Of a stretch of 64,000 nucleotides of DNA, positions 54,330-62,790 are shown piece by piece. The DNA comes from Patescibacteria group bacterium (GTDB lineage: Bacteria; Patescibacteriota; Patescibacteriia; Patescibacteriales; JBAZCA01). The DNA lies in contig JBAZUF010000001.1 in the NCBI GenBank assembly GCA_041661505.1, positions 241,576 to 305,575 of the forward strand, read 5' to 3'. Under the pieces are notes generated by a model that was not told the origin of the DNA, did no database searches, and saw only the letters and a program-made list of their open reading frames with translations. Made by a program: the position numbers and the translations under genes. Position 1 is the stretch's first letter; every line of letters begins with the position of its first letter.

Positions 54330-56129
54330 TTATACCTCGCTGCCTTTTAAAATTTTTATAAACTCGCTTAATTCCTTATTAGGTTCGCTTCTATAAGTAA
54401 CCAATTTATTTGCTTCAGCCTGGCCGGATTTCAGGTTTTCATAAATTAAGAGAATTTCCCGGGCTTGTTCTTTATATAACTCATAAAACTCTTGGTAATT
54501 TTTTATTTCCATCTTACCATCTTTAATTCCGATAACTCCTTTTGCCAAATGATCGTTTAAAGAATATACCGCGGCCCTAAAATATGGATTTTTTTCGGTT
54601 TCCCCTTTTAAATATTGAAGCGAGGTAGCCAATATTCCGTTGGCCCATTGCCGAGCCGTCCCCTCCAAACCCCCTTTTTTAATAATTTCCGGAATCAGCG
54701 CGCGGTATAAAATTTCCGCTTTTATTTCTTCGGCTGGGTCTAAAGTCTCTTCTTTTAAATGTTTTGCTTTAGCGTGCGGATGAATGCCGTGGGATAATTC
54801 ATGAAAGACAGTATTGGTTCGGGATATTTCTTCCATCAACAGTCTTTTCTCGGTATCGGACAAGCCGCTAAAACTATCGCCGGTGTTTATATATCTTTCT
54901 ATAAATTCCGGGAAATCCTTGTCATAAATTTCAATCTGGTCATTTAGAAAAACTACAATCGGCGACTCATGGCCCGCGTAGTTAAAAGTAAGGTTGACTC
55001 CATAATTGCCGATTGATATTAAATTTTTTATTTTAGCTTTTCTAAGCTGTCTTTTATCTTTTTCCGCTCCAATTTGGCCTAAGGATCCGGCCATTGCGTC
55101 TCTTGCCTTTGAATAAGATTCCTCCCGTTCTTTTAAATCAGCCGTAGCGATAGATATTTTTAATTCCGGATCAAAATATGGTTCTTTGTTGTACCCGCCC
55201 CGAAGAGAAGTTATTATTATCGGAAAACCTGATTCTAGCAGGCGCTCATAGCTTCTGTCCAGGCTTTCATCCATTTTAAGGGCTTTTTTGGGATCAGTTT
55301 CTAAAAAATAATCGCTTAGCTCGACTAAATATTGCCGGAAAATTTCCGCCCCGGACTTGTCTTTCCAGGCTTCATAATCCTCGGCTATCGAATTAAAACC
55401 CTGGCTGATACTTAGGGTTTCTTTCGGAAATAACTCGGCGATGGTGTGGAGCTTATGATCAACCGGAGAATAAAGTCCGGTTCCCGTGGCCCGGGCCGGC
55501 GGTTTGGGTGATAATTGAGCATAAGCTCTAAAACGGATATAGAGCGGATTAGCGCTCTGCGAAACCGTCAAAACTTTTGCCGCTAATTTTCTTTCCGCGT
55601 CATCCAAGCCGATTTTTTTTAAATCCTCGCCGCTCGCCTTTTCTAAAATATTTTTATAAGCCGTTGTTTCCATCCGCCTGGAAATTTGAGCTAAGACCAT
55701 CAAAAGGATTTCTCCTCTTTGTCCGGATAGCTCTTCTTCAATTCTCCCCTCAAACCAATTATTGGTTATGGCGTCTAATAATTCCTTGTCCGTTAATGGA
55801 GCTAGCCGGGGAATTTCTTCTTTTAGCCGGGGAATTTTCAATTCAATATAACATCTAATCGCTTCTCTTATATTGGCTGACATTTCCAGCGCTGATTCAA
55901 AAGGTTTGACCTTTTTATGCAATTCTTTCCAGTTAGTCTTCTCTCCGCCGGGCTCCTCCTCGGTTTTTAGTAGCGTAAAAAGAGCCTCATTAATTCCTTT
56001 TAATCCTCTATGCGGCAACAGCCATTCAGCCTTTTTATTGCCAACGGCAAGATCATCTTCAATTTCTTCCGGCTTTTCCGCACTTTTATTTATAATTCGA
56101 TTGGTTAAGGAAGACTCTATCGACGCCAT
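54330..56129 (-). CDS. Large orphan protein with a single HExxH motif (putative zinc metallopeptidase)
   Basis: 599 aa with VFHELSHGIHPH at roughly aa 445 and EEIKAEILY downstream. Nothing else was recognised. Confidence 0.6.
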   Translation of the reverse strand: MASIESSLTNRIINKSAEKPEEIEDDLAVGNKKAEWLLPHRGLKGINEALFTLLKTEEEPGGEKTNWKELHKKVKPFESALEMSANIREAIRCYIELKIPRLKEEIPRLAPLTDKELLDAITNNWFEGRIEEELSGQRGEILLMVLAQISRRMETTAYKNILEKASGEDLKKIGLDDAERKLAAKVLTVSQSANPLYIRFRAYAQLSPKPPARATGTGLYSPVDHKLHTIAELFPKETLSISQGFNSIAEDYEAWKDKSGAEIFRQYLVELSDYFLETDPKKALKMDESLDRSYERLLESGFPIIITSLRGGYNKEPYFDPELKISIATADLKEREESYSKARDAMAGSLGQIGAEKDKRQLRKAKIKNLISIGNYGVNLTFNYAGHESPIVVFLNDQIEIYDKDFPEFIERYINTGDSFSGLSDTEKRLLMEEISRTNTVFHELSHGIHPHAKAKHLKEETLDPAEEIKAEILYRALIPEIIKKGGLEGTARQWANGILATSLQYLKGETEKNPYFRAAVYSLNDHLAKGVIGIKDGKMEIKNYQEFYELYKEQAREILLIYENLKSGQAEANKLVTYRSEPNKELSEFIKILKGSEV

Positions 56130-56165
56130 CTTATTAAATTTTCATTAACTTAAAAATCATATAGT

Positions 56166-56347
56166 AAATTTTTATTTTTTTCAAAAGAGTGAATGCGAGA
56201 AAATTATGTTTAAAATTTTTAATAAAATTCTGTTATAAGATTTTTCTGTTAGAGCGAAGCGGAGCCGAGCGAGTTAAAAATCTTGTTAAGAATTTTATTA
56301 AAAATTCAATAATTTTCTCAATGAACGGTTTGAAAAAATAAAAATTT
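56166..56347. repeat. 182-nt AT-rich imperfect palindrome (about 80-nt arms, GC-rich 30-nt centre)
   Basis: Hand-aligned complementary blocks: 56166-56186/56329-56347 (1-nt bulge), 56197-56207/56309-56319 (11 bp), 56214-56231/56289-56306 (18 bp perfect) and 56237-56245/56276-56284 (9 bp). Confidence 0.65.
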
Positions 56348-58430
56348 AACTTAGTAACTTTAAAAACTCTTTTTCATCAACTACTTTCACTCCCAACTTC
56401 CTCGCCTTATCATACTTGCTCCCCGGCTCACTGCCAGCCACAAGATAATCCGTATTTTTCGAAACCGACGAGGAAACTTCCCCGCCTAATTCTCGTATTC
56501 TAGCTTTTGCCTCGTCCCTTGTCAAACCTTCTAATGAACCGGTCAGGACAAAAATTTTGCCGGCTAGTTTTTGCTTTTTCGCCTCAATTCTTGGAGGCGC
56601 AACCTGGACGCCGTTTCTTTCCAGACTACGGAGCAGTTCCGCGTTATGCTTGTCATGGAACCATGCGTAGAGGCTCTCGGCTACTTTCGGCCCGATATCC
56701 TTTACTTTTTGCCAGTCTAAAGCGCCCATTGCTTCTGCCAGCTTTAAAAAATCAGAGATTTTTTTACTGTTAAGGCTAATTTTTTTGGCCACCTCGTTAG
56801 CCATTTCTTCGCCGACATGCCGGATGCCAAGCCCGAAAATAAATCGGGCTAGATTAATCTCGCGCCGTTCGTTAATCGCTTTAATTAAATTCTCCGCTGA
56901 TTTTTCCGCAAACCGCTCTAAGCCTTCTAGGTCTGCAGCCTTTAAAGTATATATATCGCTAATATCTTTCACCAATCCCTCTTTAGCTAATTGTTCAATA
57001 ATTTTCGGCCCGAGGCCGTCAATATCTACCGCTCCGCGCGACGCCCAGTGGAACATGGACCGCAAATGGGCGGCGTAGCAATTTTTGTTTTTGCATCTAT
57101 AGGCGACTTCGCCCGGAACTTTTTCCACTCCGCCCTCGCACATCGGGCATTTTTTCGGTACCTGGATTTCTTTTTCTTTTCCGGTCCGCAGGCGCTTTAG
57201 CACTTCCACTACCTTAGGAATAACGTCTCCGGCCCGCTCAATTATTACGGTATCGCCAACTTTTAAACCCAGACGACTTATTTCGTCCATATTATGCAAA
57301 GTCGCCCGGGTGATTGTTACGCCGCCGACTGACACCGGGTCCATAACCGCGGTTGGCGTCAAAACCCCGGTCCGGCCGACTTTCCAAATCACTTCGCGCA
57401 CATTGGTCGTCGCCTGCTCCGCGGCAAACTTATAGGCCATCATATAGCGCGGCCCCTTGCCGACGGTTCCAAGCTTGGGCCACGATGAAAGGTCGTTCAC
57501 TTTAACTACCACGCCGTCGCACTCGAAGGGCAGGCTATCGCGATGGGCTTCCCAATTGTCATGGAATTCAAAAACCTCTTTTAAGTTTTTACACAATTTA
57601 TTTTTACTAAAAACTTTTAAACCGATCGCCCGGGCGATTCCGCCTTCTTCCGCGTATTCACCAAGTTCCCAATTATTAATCACCGCGTAAACGTAAAAAT
57701 CCAGCTTTCTTCCCGCCGCGATTTTCGGGTCCAATTGCCGGATGGATCCGGCGGCGGCGTTCCTCGGATTGGCAAGTAGCGGCCTTCCTTCTTTTTTTAA
57801 TTTTTTATTCAATTCCGCCAATACCTTCTTAGTCATTATCACCTCTCCCCTGACTTCAATCCGGCCTTTTTGGATCGCTGACAAAACATCTTTATCTGCT
57901 CCCGTATTTTTTAATTCATCCAAAGCCGGAATCCGAAGCTCTAAAGGAATGCTCTCCACGGTCTTTATATTGCCGGTAACATCTTCCCCGATAATTCCGT
58001 CCCCGCGGGTGGCGCCTAAAATTAATTTTCCTTTTTCATAAACCAAAGCCGTGGCTAACCCGTCCATTTTCAGTTCGCAAAAATATTCGATTTTCACGCT
58101 TTCAGGATGCGAAGCTGACAGAATTTTCCTTATTCTTTCTTCCCAGGCAAGCATGTCCTCGCGGCTAAAAGCGTCAAATAAAGACATCATCGGCGAGCTA
58201 TGCCGGACTTTCCTAAACTTATCCAAAGGCTTTCCCCCTACCCGTTGCGTCGGCGAATCCGGCGTGATTAATTCCGGATTTTCTTCTTCCAGTTTCTGTA
58301 GTTCGTTTTTCAGGCTGTCTAAAGCCGCGTCCGAAATTTCAATCCGGTCATGGACATGGTAAAGATAGCGGTGGCGCTCAATTTCTTTCCGCAATTTTTC
58401 GATTCTTTCTTTTGTTTTTTTATTATCCAT
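56346..58430 (-). CDS. ligA: NAD-dependent DNA ligase
   Basis: 694 aa with adenylation motif (C)ELKMDG, a Zn finger CPMCEGG…C…C, HhH repeats and a C-terminal BRCT. Confidence 0.95.
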   Translation of the reverse strand: MDNKKTKERIEKLRKEIERHRYLYHVHDRIEISDAALDSLKNELQKLEEENPELITPDSPTQRVGGKPLDKFRKVRHSSPMMSLFDAFSREDMLAWEERIRKILSASHPESVKIEYFCELKMDGLATALVYEKGKLILGATRGDGIIGEDVTGNIKTVESIPLELRIPALDELKNTGADKDVLSAIQKGRIEVRGEVIMTKKVLAELNKKLKKEGRPLLANPRNAAAGSIRQLDPKIAAGRKLDFYVYAVINNWELGEYAEEGGIARAIGLKVFSKNKLCKNLKEVFEFHDNWEAHRDSLPFECDGVVVKVNDLSSWPKLGTVGKGPRYMMAYKFAAEQATTNVREVIWKVGRTGVLTPTAVMDPVSVGGVTITRATLHNMDEISRLGLKVGDTVIIERAGDVIPKVVEVLKRLRTGKEKEIQVPKKCPMCEGGVEKVPGEVAYRCKNKNCYAAHLRSMFHWASRGAVDIDGLGPKIIEQLAKEGLVKDISDIYTLKAADLEGLERFAEKSAENLIKAINERREINLARFIFGLGIRHVGEEMANEVAKKISLNSKKISDFLKLAEAMGALDWQKVKDIGPKVAESLYAWFHDKHNAELLRSLERNGVQVAPPRIEAKKQKLAGKIFVLTGSLEGLTRDEAKARIRELGGEVSSSVSKNTDYLVAGSEPGSKYDKARKLGVKVVDEKEFLKLLS

Positions 58431-58492
58431 AATCGAAATAATAGTCCGCTCCGAACGGCCGAATGAATGAGAATATATAATTTTGATATATT

Positions 58493-58942
58493 TTATTCTT
58501 TAGGAATAGTTATTTCAATCATCCGCTTTGATCCGCTGTATTCGCCTGTCGAGTGGATGATATATTCCGGCGTGGTGGCAATGCTTCTAACTTCGAAAGT
58601 GGCGCCGGTTGAGAGCAGAACTAGGCTTTGAGCCGCTTGGCAGCAGATAGTTTGGTCCTCAAAACAGTCGGCCGAAAAATTAATATAATCATTCGCCTGG
58701 CAACCAGATCCATCGGCCCTCAAAAATTGAAAATTATTTTTTCTTATTTCCCACAATATTTTTTCGGTACCGGTCTCGGAAGCGAAAAAAGCGCTGGTCG
58801 AGCCTTTCTGGGTCCTGTGAAGGATTATTCCTTGGGCAACCAGGGCGGCCGCCCCCAAACAAGCGGTTAAAACCGCGGTTAAAATCATCAAGGTTACCAA
58901 TATTATGTTCCCTTTGTTATTTTTTTTCAACCGTTTTAGCAT
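58493..58942 (-). CDS. PilX-N-like pilus-associated protein
   Basis: 149 aa with the N-terminal anchor KGNIILVTLMILTAVLTACLGAAALVA. It is the last gene of the pseudopilin cluster. Confidence 0.5.
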   Translation of the reverse strand: MLKRLKKNNKGNIILVTLMILTAVLTACLGAAALVAQGIILHRTQKGSTSAFFASETGTEKILWEIRKNNFQFLRADGSGCQANDYINFSADCFEDQTICCQAAQSLVLLSTGATFEVRSIATTPEYIIHSTGEYSGSKRMIEITIPKE

Positions 58943-58946
58943 ACGC

Positions 58947-59474
58947 TTAATCGGAATAATATCTTGAAGATATGGTAGTTTGCATTTTCATTTCCTGCCT
59001 TTGCATATTCTGCCCTAAAACATAGCCGGAGATTAAAACTGTGGCGGACGGCTGGACGGCGGCCCCCTGGCGGACAATGAATTTCAGGGAAGTAATATTC
59101 ATGCTTGAAGGAGTAATTGGAAGATTGTCCGTTCCGCGGCTAACGTAGAGCTGGCCGCCAGACAGGTAGTATTGGACGCATTTATTATCTTTATTTTTTA
59201 GATAAAGTTCGCTCTTCGCCGCGTTAGTATTATATATGTTTCCTGCGCCGACTAAAGAACATTCGCTTGTATTAATCTGGGCGTTCCTAATTTCTTTACT
59301 GGCCATCTCCAGGCTGTACCTTAAGGCCTCTTCGATATTTTGGGCGGCTAGGGTGCTGCGCTGGCCAATAATGACCGACTGAAAAGTACCGCCGGCGATA
59401 ACGACAATGGCGGCGAACAATCCGATCGCCACGATCATCTCGACCATGGCATACCCTCTTTTATTTCCAATCAT
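58947..59474 (-). CDS. Pseudopilin / minor pilin-like protein
   Basis: Prepilin-like N-terminus KRG|YAMVEMIVAIGLFAAIVVIAGG. The start is uncertain (Met at 59474, 59495, 59501 or 59543). Confidence 0.65.
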   Translation of the reverse strand: MIGNKRGYAMVEMIVAIGLFAAIVVIAGGTFQSVIIGQRSTLAAQNIEEALRYSLEMASKEIRNAQINTSECSLVGAGNIYNTNAAKSELYLKNKDNKCVQYYLSGGQLYVSRGTDNLPITPSSMNITSLKFIVRQGAAVQPSATVLISGYVLGQNMQRQEMKMQTTISSRYYSD

Positions 59475-59997
59475 AAAGCTGGTTTTGAACGGCATATTCA
59501 TAGTTACTATTTCCTTTAGAATAGCGCACCTGGCATCGGACATTTAAATAGCCGCCAGTTTTAGTTATGGTAAGGAGCCGGGAAAAAGGAGAATTAGCGC
59601 CGTTGCAGGTTAATCCCCCGGACCAATTGCCATGACAAAAATATCCGGCCGTATTATATTTCAGCCGGGCGGCCGGGTCGCTTATCCCGCCGGTAACAGC
59701 TGTCATATTTTCCGGATCTATGGCGTAAGTTCCAGCCGCGATATTGGCGTCAAAAGCCAAGCCGTTTTTAAAATTATAATCCCTTTTATTTCTGACCAAT
59801 TCTAAACCTTCCTGGGCGAGCATTGAAGCGATTAGGTTATTTTTATTTATATAGTTGGCCTTTAGGTTCAGCTCAACTAAAGAAAGAATGCCGACAAGGC
59901 CCATGGTAATAATAAAAATGGCGATGACTACTTCTAAAATAGAAAAACCGGACGCGATTTTTAAGTATTTTCCGATTTTTAGCTTTTTTCTCGTCAT
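59461..59997 (-). CDS. Pseudopilin / minor pilin-like protein
   Basis: ASG|FSILEVVIAIFIITMGLVGIL. I chose the start at MTRKK (59997), downstream of the preceding gene's stop. Confidence 0.7.
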   Translation of the reverse strand: MTRKKLKIGKYLKIASGFSILEVVIAIFIITMGLVGILSLVELNLKANYINKNNLIASMLAQEGLELVRNKRDYNFKNGLAFDANIAAGTYAIDPENMTAVTGGISDPAARLKYNTAGYFCHGNWSGGLTCNGANSPFSRLLTITKTGGYLNVRCQVRYSKGNSNYEYAVQNQLYDWK

Positions 59998-60019
59998 ATT
60001 TTTTCCGGCCGGAGATAAA

Positions 60020-60550
60020 TTATTCCACCTCAATCAAGCCCAGCTTATTAAAGTGGACTATCAGAGTATTTGAAGTTTTTTTGTTCCGCAGGGTAATTGT
60101 CGCCTCGCTCGCGCTCCCGTTTATCAGGATATCCGGATCCGGAGGGATAAAAACTACCGTGGCCGTATTGCCGCTTGAGATCTGGCTGATTTCAATATTG
60201 GCGGGCAGCGGGATTGTTAAATAATTTTCCCCGGCGCTCCAGCCGGGAGTGCAGGGCTTAGGCGAACAAGTATCGGCGAAAAGGCTATAGGCGTTGCCGG
60301 GCTTGTTAAAATATACGCCCCAATCGGAGCTATTTAAAAAGCGCTTGCCGTTTAAAGAATAGCTTTGGGCTAAACGGATGTCGCTCGCCATTTTTTGAGC
60401 GGCATTTTTTAATTCAAGGTTGCCGCCGCCCGACCGGTAATTGGCCAAAAAAATCGCGGTTAGCAAAGCGATGATAAAAACGCTTACCAGCATTTCTACG
60501 ATGGTAAAGCCTTTATTGTTTATCCGTAGAAACATTTTTTTATTATTCAA
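60020..60550 (-). CDS. Pseudopilin (GspH/FimT-like)
   Basis: 176 aa, NKG|FTIVEMLVSVFIIALLTAI, then AAQKMASDIRLAQ, which is typical of GspH/FimT-type minor pilins. Confidence 0.75.
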   Translation of the reverse strand: MNNKKMFLRINNKGFTIVEMLVSVFIIALLTAIFLANYRSGGGNLELKNAAQKMASDIRLAQSYSLNGKRFLNSSDWGVYFNKPGNAYSLFADTCSPKPCTPGWSAGENYLTIPLPANIEISQISSGNTATVVFIPPDPDILINGSASEATITLRNKKTSNTLIVHFNKLGLIEVE

Positions 60551-61976
60551 TCTTTTTTTCTATCCATTTAGTCGGTACTTTCGGACAGGGCTGAATTTTT
60601 TCCGAAGCTTGCGACCAGTCGCCGTCAACATTGCCGGAATTGCAATGGGCTCTTATGATATAGCGGAAATAGTTACTTACTTCGTTCGTAGCGAAACTTG
60701 AGTCAGTGCACCTTGGCGCCGATGGCTCATGACAGCCGCCGGAGGCAATTTGAGTAAAATGAGCGGAGTCTGAATCCGGGCAGTTGCTGCATAATGGATC
60801 TCCAACTCCACACTTGCACCGGGCAACGTCGTAATGACTGATAGTGCAAGCCGTTTCCGGGGCCGTCCAGCCCAATTTTATTAAATTCGGGCAGGAAGAA
60901 GAGGCGGTAATAAGCGAGCTGTCCATCTGGCAAACTGTGCTCGTTGTTCCGGTTGCTGGTGAACTGGTGGCATAAATCTGGCCGCTGTAGGCCACCACCC
61001 GGTAAGCATAACTAGTTCCGGCGTCTAATCCGGTGTGGGGGAATGAGCGGACGTCAGGGAAAAGGCCGTCTGAATCGCTTACCAGGGTTGTATCCTTAAA
61101 GACATTAAATCCTTCCGCGATTCCTGAATCAAGACTCCAGTTAACTATTAAGCAAGAACAGGAATCGCAAACACCCTCTCCATATTGGTCAACTGAAGTG
61201 ATGCTTACTGCTAAAAATGTCGGCCATTTGACTTTATAATCCGAGGCGGCGCAGGAAGATGTATCGGCGCAATTAAAGCTTAGCCAGCCCAAACCGATTC
61301 CCGGCACTGCGTTGCCGTTCCAGGCAAAATTGCTAAACTCTCCCGTGGCTGAATTAAAAGAAACCCCATAGCTTGATCCCGAGTCGCTTGAATATTTTCT
61401 TAACTTCAGCCAGCCATCATCGCCCAAAGAAAGAATATAGGCCCAGCCGTTTAATTGGCCGGTCGCCGAATCGAAACTGGCGATTTTTCCGCCGCCGGTA
61501 TTATACGGCGCGCCGGGCGGGTTGATAAAATTACAGGTGCCCGAGAGACAGTCGCTCGCCCCGGTGCAGGGACGGGTTTTATCAGTACTGCAGACTTTTA
61601 TTCTTTCAAAAGCGGCCCAGCCTAGATTATTACTCCAGGCAAAACCGGAAACGTCGCCGTTTCCCGCGATATTAACGCCGTAGCTCGGTATGTTCGTGCC
61701 AATCGCCTGGCATCCGGCTGGCCGATTATCAGCCGATTCAATCGTCCCATTGCCGTCAGTATCACAATTTCTCGAATTAAAACTTACCCAGCCGAAATTC
61801 TCCGACCAGGCAAAACCGGTTATATTTTCGCTCGTTCCGGCCTGGGCAATTTTCGCGTGAGACTGGGATAGGTAATATAAAATCGCATCGCCCACGTCTA
61901 TCCGTGACCCGCGGAAGAAAAATACGGCCGCCAAAGCAATTAGTAAAATTGAAAGTTTTTTTACTGTTCGGGCCAT
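60543..61976 (-). CDS. Large secreted pilus-cluster protein with four FAWSxNxGW-type repeats and an FN3-like C-terminal region
   Basis: 477 aa with a signal anchor. The repeats are GFAWSENFGWVSFN, GFAWSNNLGWAAFE, NGWAYILSLGDDGWLKL and NFAWNGNAVPGIGLGWLSFN. The C-terminal half is Cys-rich. Confidence 0.65.
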   Translation of the reverse strand: MARTVKKLSILLIALAAVFFFRGSRIDVGDAILYYLSQSHAKIAQAGTSENITGFAWSENFGWVSFNSRNCDTDGNGTIESADNRPAGCQAIGTNIPSYGVNIAGNGDVSGFAWSNNLGWAAFERIKVCSTDKTRPCTGASDCLSGTCNFINPPGAPYNTGGGKIASFDSATGQLNGWAYILSLGDDGWLKLRKYSSDSGSSYGVSFNSATGEFSNFAWNGNAVPGIGLGWLSFNCADTSSCAASDYKVKWPTFLAVSITSVDQYGEGVCDSCSCLIVNWSLDSGIAEGFNVFKDTTLVSDSDGLFPDVRSFPHTGLDAGTSYAYRVVAYSGQIYATSSPATGTTSTVCQMDSSLITASSSCPNLIKLGWTAPETACTISHYDVARCKCGVGDPLCSNCPDSDSAHFTQIASGGCHEPSAPRCTDSSFATNEVSNYFRYIIRAHCNSGNVDGDWSQASEKIQPCPKVPTKWIEKKIE

Positions 61977-61977
61977 A

Positions 61978-62787
61978 TTAATAAAAAAGTTTGAGATACC
62001 AATTTAGCATTTCACTCCCCCAAAATAAAGTTATTACCGAAGCGAACGAAAGAAAAACTCCCAAGGGGACTTCCGAGCCCCATTTTTTCCGGCCGGTCAG
62101 AATAAGTCCCAGCCCGGCGATTGATCCGATAAAATAGGCAAGCAGTATGGCCGCCAGGACGTTGGGCCAGCCTAAAGCCAAACCCATCAATAGTCCCAGC
62201 CGGATATCGCCTCCCCCAATCCATTTGCCCCGGGAAACCAAAAACTGGGCCAGAAAGAAGCTCCCTCCAATTATACCAGATAATAGAAGGTTCAGCCAGG
62301 AAACCCCAAGCGTTAAATTTAGTAAAAAAAGGATAAAACAGGCCGGAAGAGTAATAATATCCAGAATCAGATACCACCGCAGGTCATAGATGAAAATTAT
62401 TATCATGACCGCGATAAAAAACCAATCCCGCAGAATCTCTAAAATAAATCTCGCATCGAAAGCCGAAAAAAAATCCAGCGCGCGATACCCTTCTCCCAGT
62501 CCGGCAAAGTCTCTTTGATAATTCAAATAAAAAGCCAAGGCAAAAAGAATTCCGGTTAATAGCTCGACTAAGGGGTACTGGAATGAAATCTTCTTTTTGC
62601 AATGCCGGCATTTTCCGCCTAATGCCAGAAAGCTTAGAACCGGAATATTGTCGTACCAGGCGATTTGCTTTTTGCACTTGGGGCAATAGGAGCGGTTTAA
62701 GAGCCCTTCGCCAGTATGCATCCGCCAAACCAGGCAGTTTAAAAACGAACCGATGATAAGGCCGAAAAAAAAAGCGAAAAATAACAT
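61978..62787 (-). CDS. pilD: Prepilin peptidase (A24 family)
   Basis: 269 aa with an N-terminal Zn-binding CPKC…CRHC, catalytic Asp contexts (IIFIYDLRWY…GGGDIRLG) and 8 TM helices. Confidence 0.9.
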   Translation of the reverse strand: MLFFAFFFGLIIGSFLNCLVWRMHTGEGLLNRSYCPKCKKQIAWYDNIPVLSFLALGGKCRHCKKKISFQYPLVELLTGILFALAFYLNYQRDFAGLGEGYRALDFFSAFDARFILEILRDWFFIAVMIIIFIYDLRWYLILDIITLPACFILFLLNLTLGVSWLNLLLSGIIGGSFFLAQFLVSRGKWIGGGDIRLGLLMGLALGWPNVLAAILLAYFIGSIAGLGLILTGRKKWGSEVPLGVFLSFASVITLFWGSEMLNWYLKLFY

Positions 62788-62790
62788 AAT

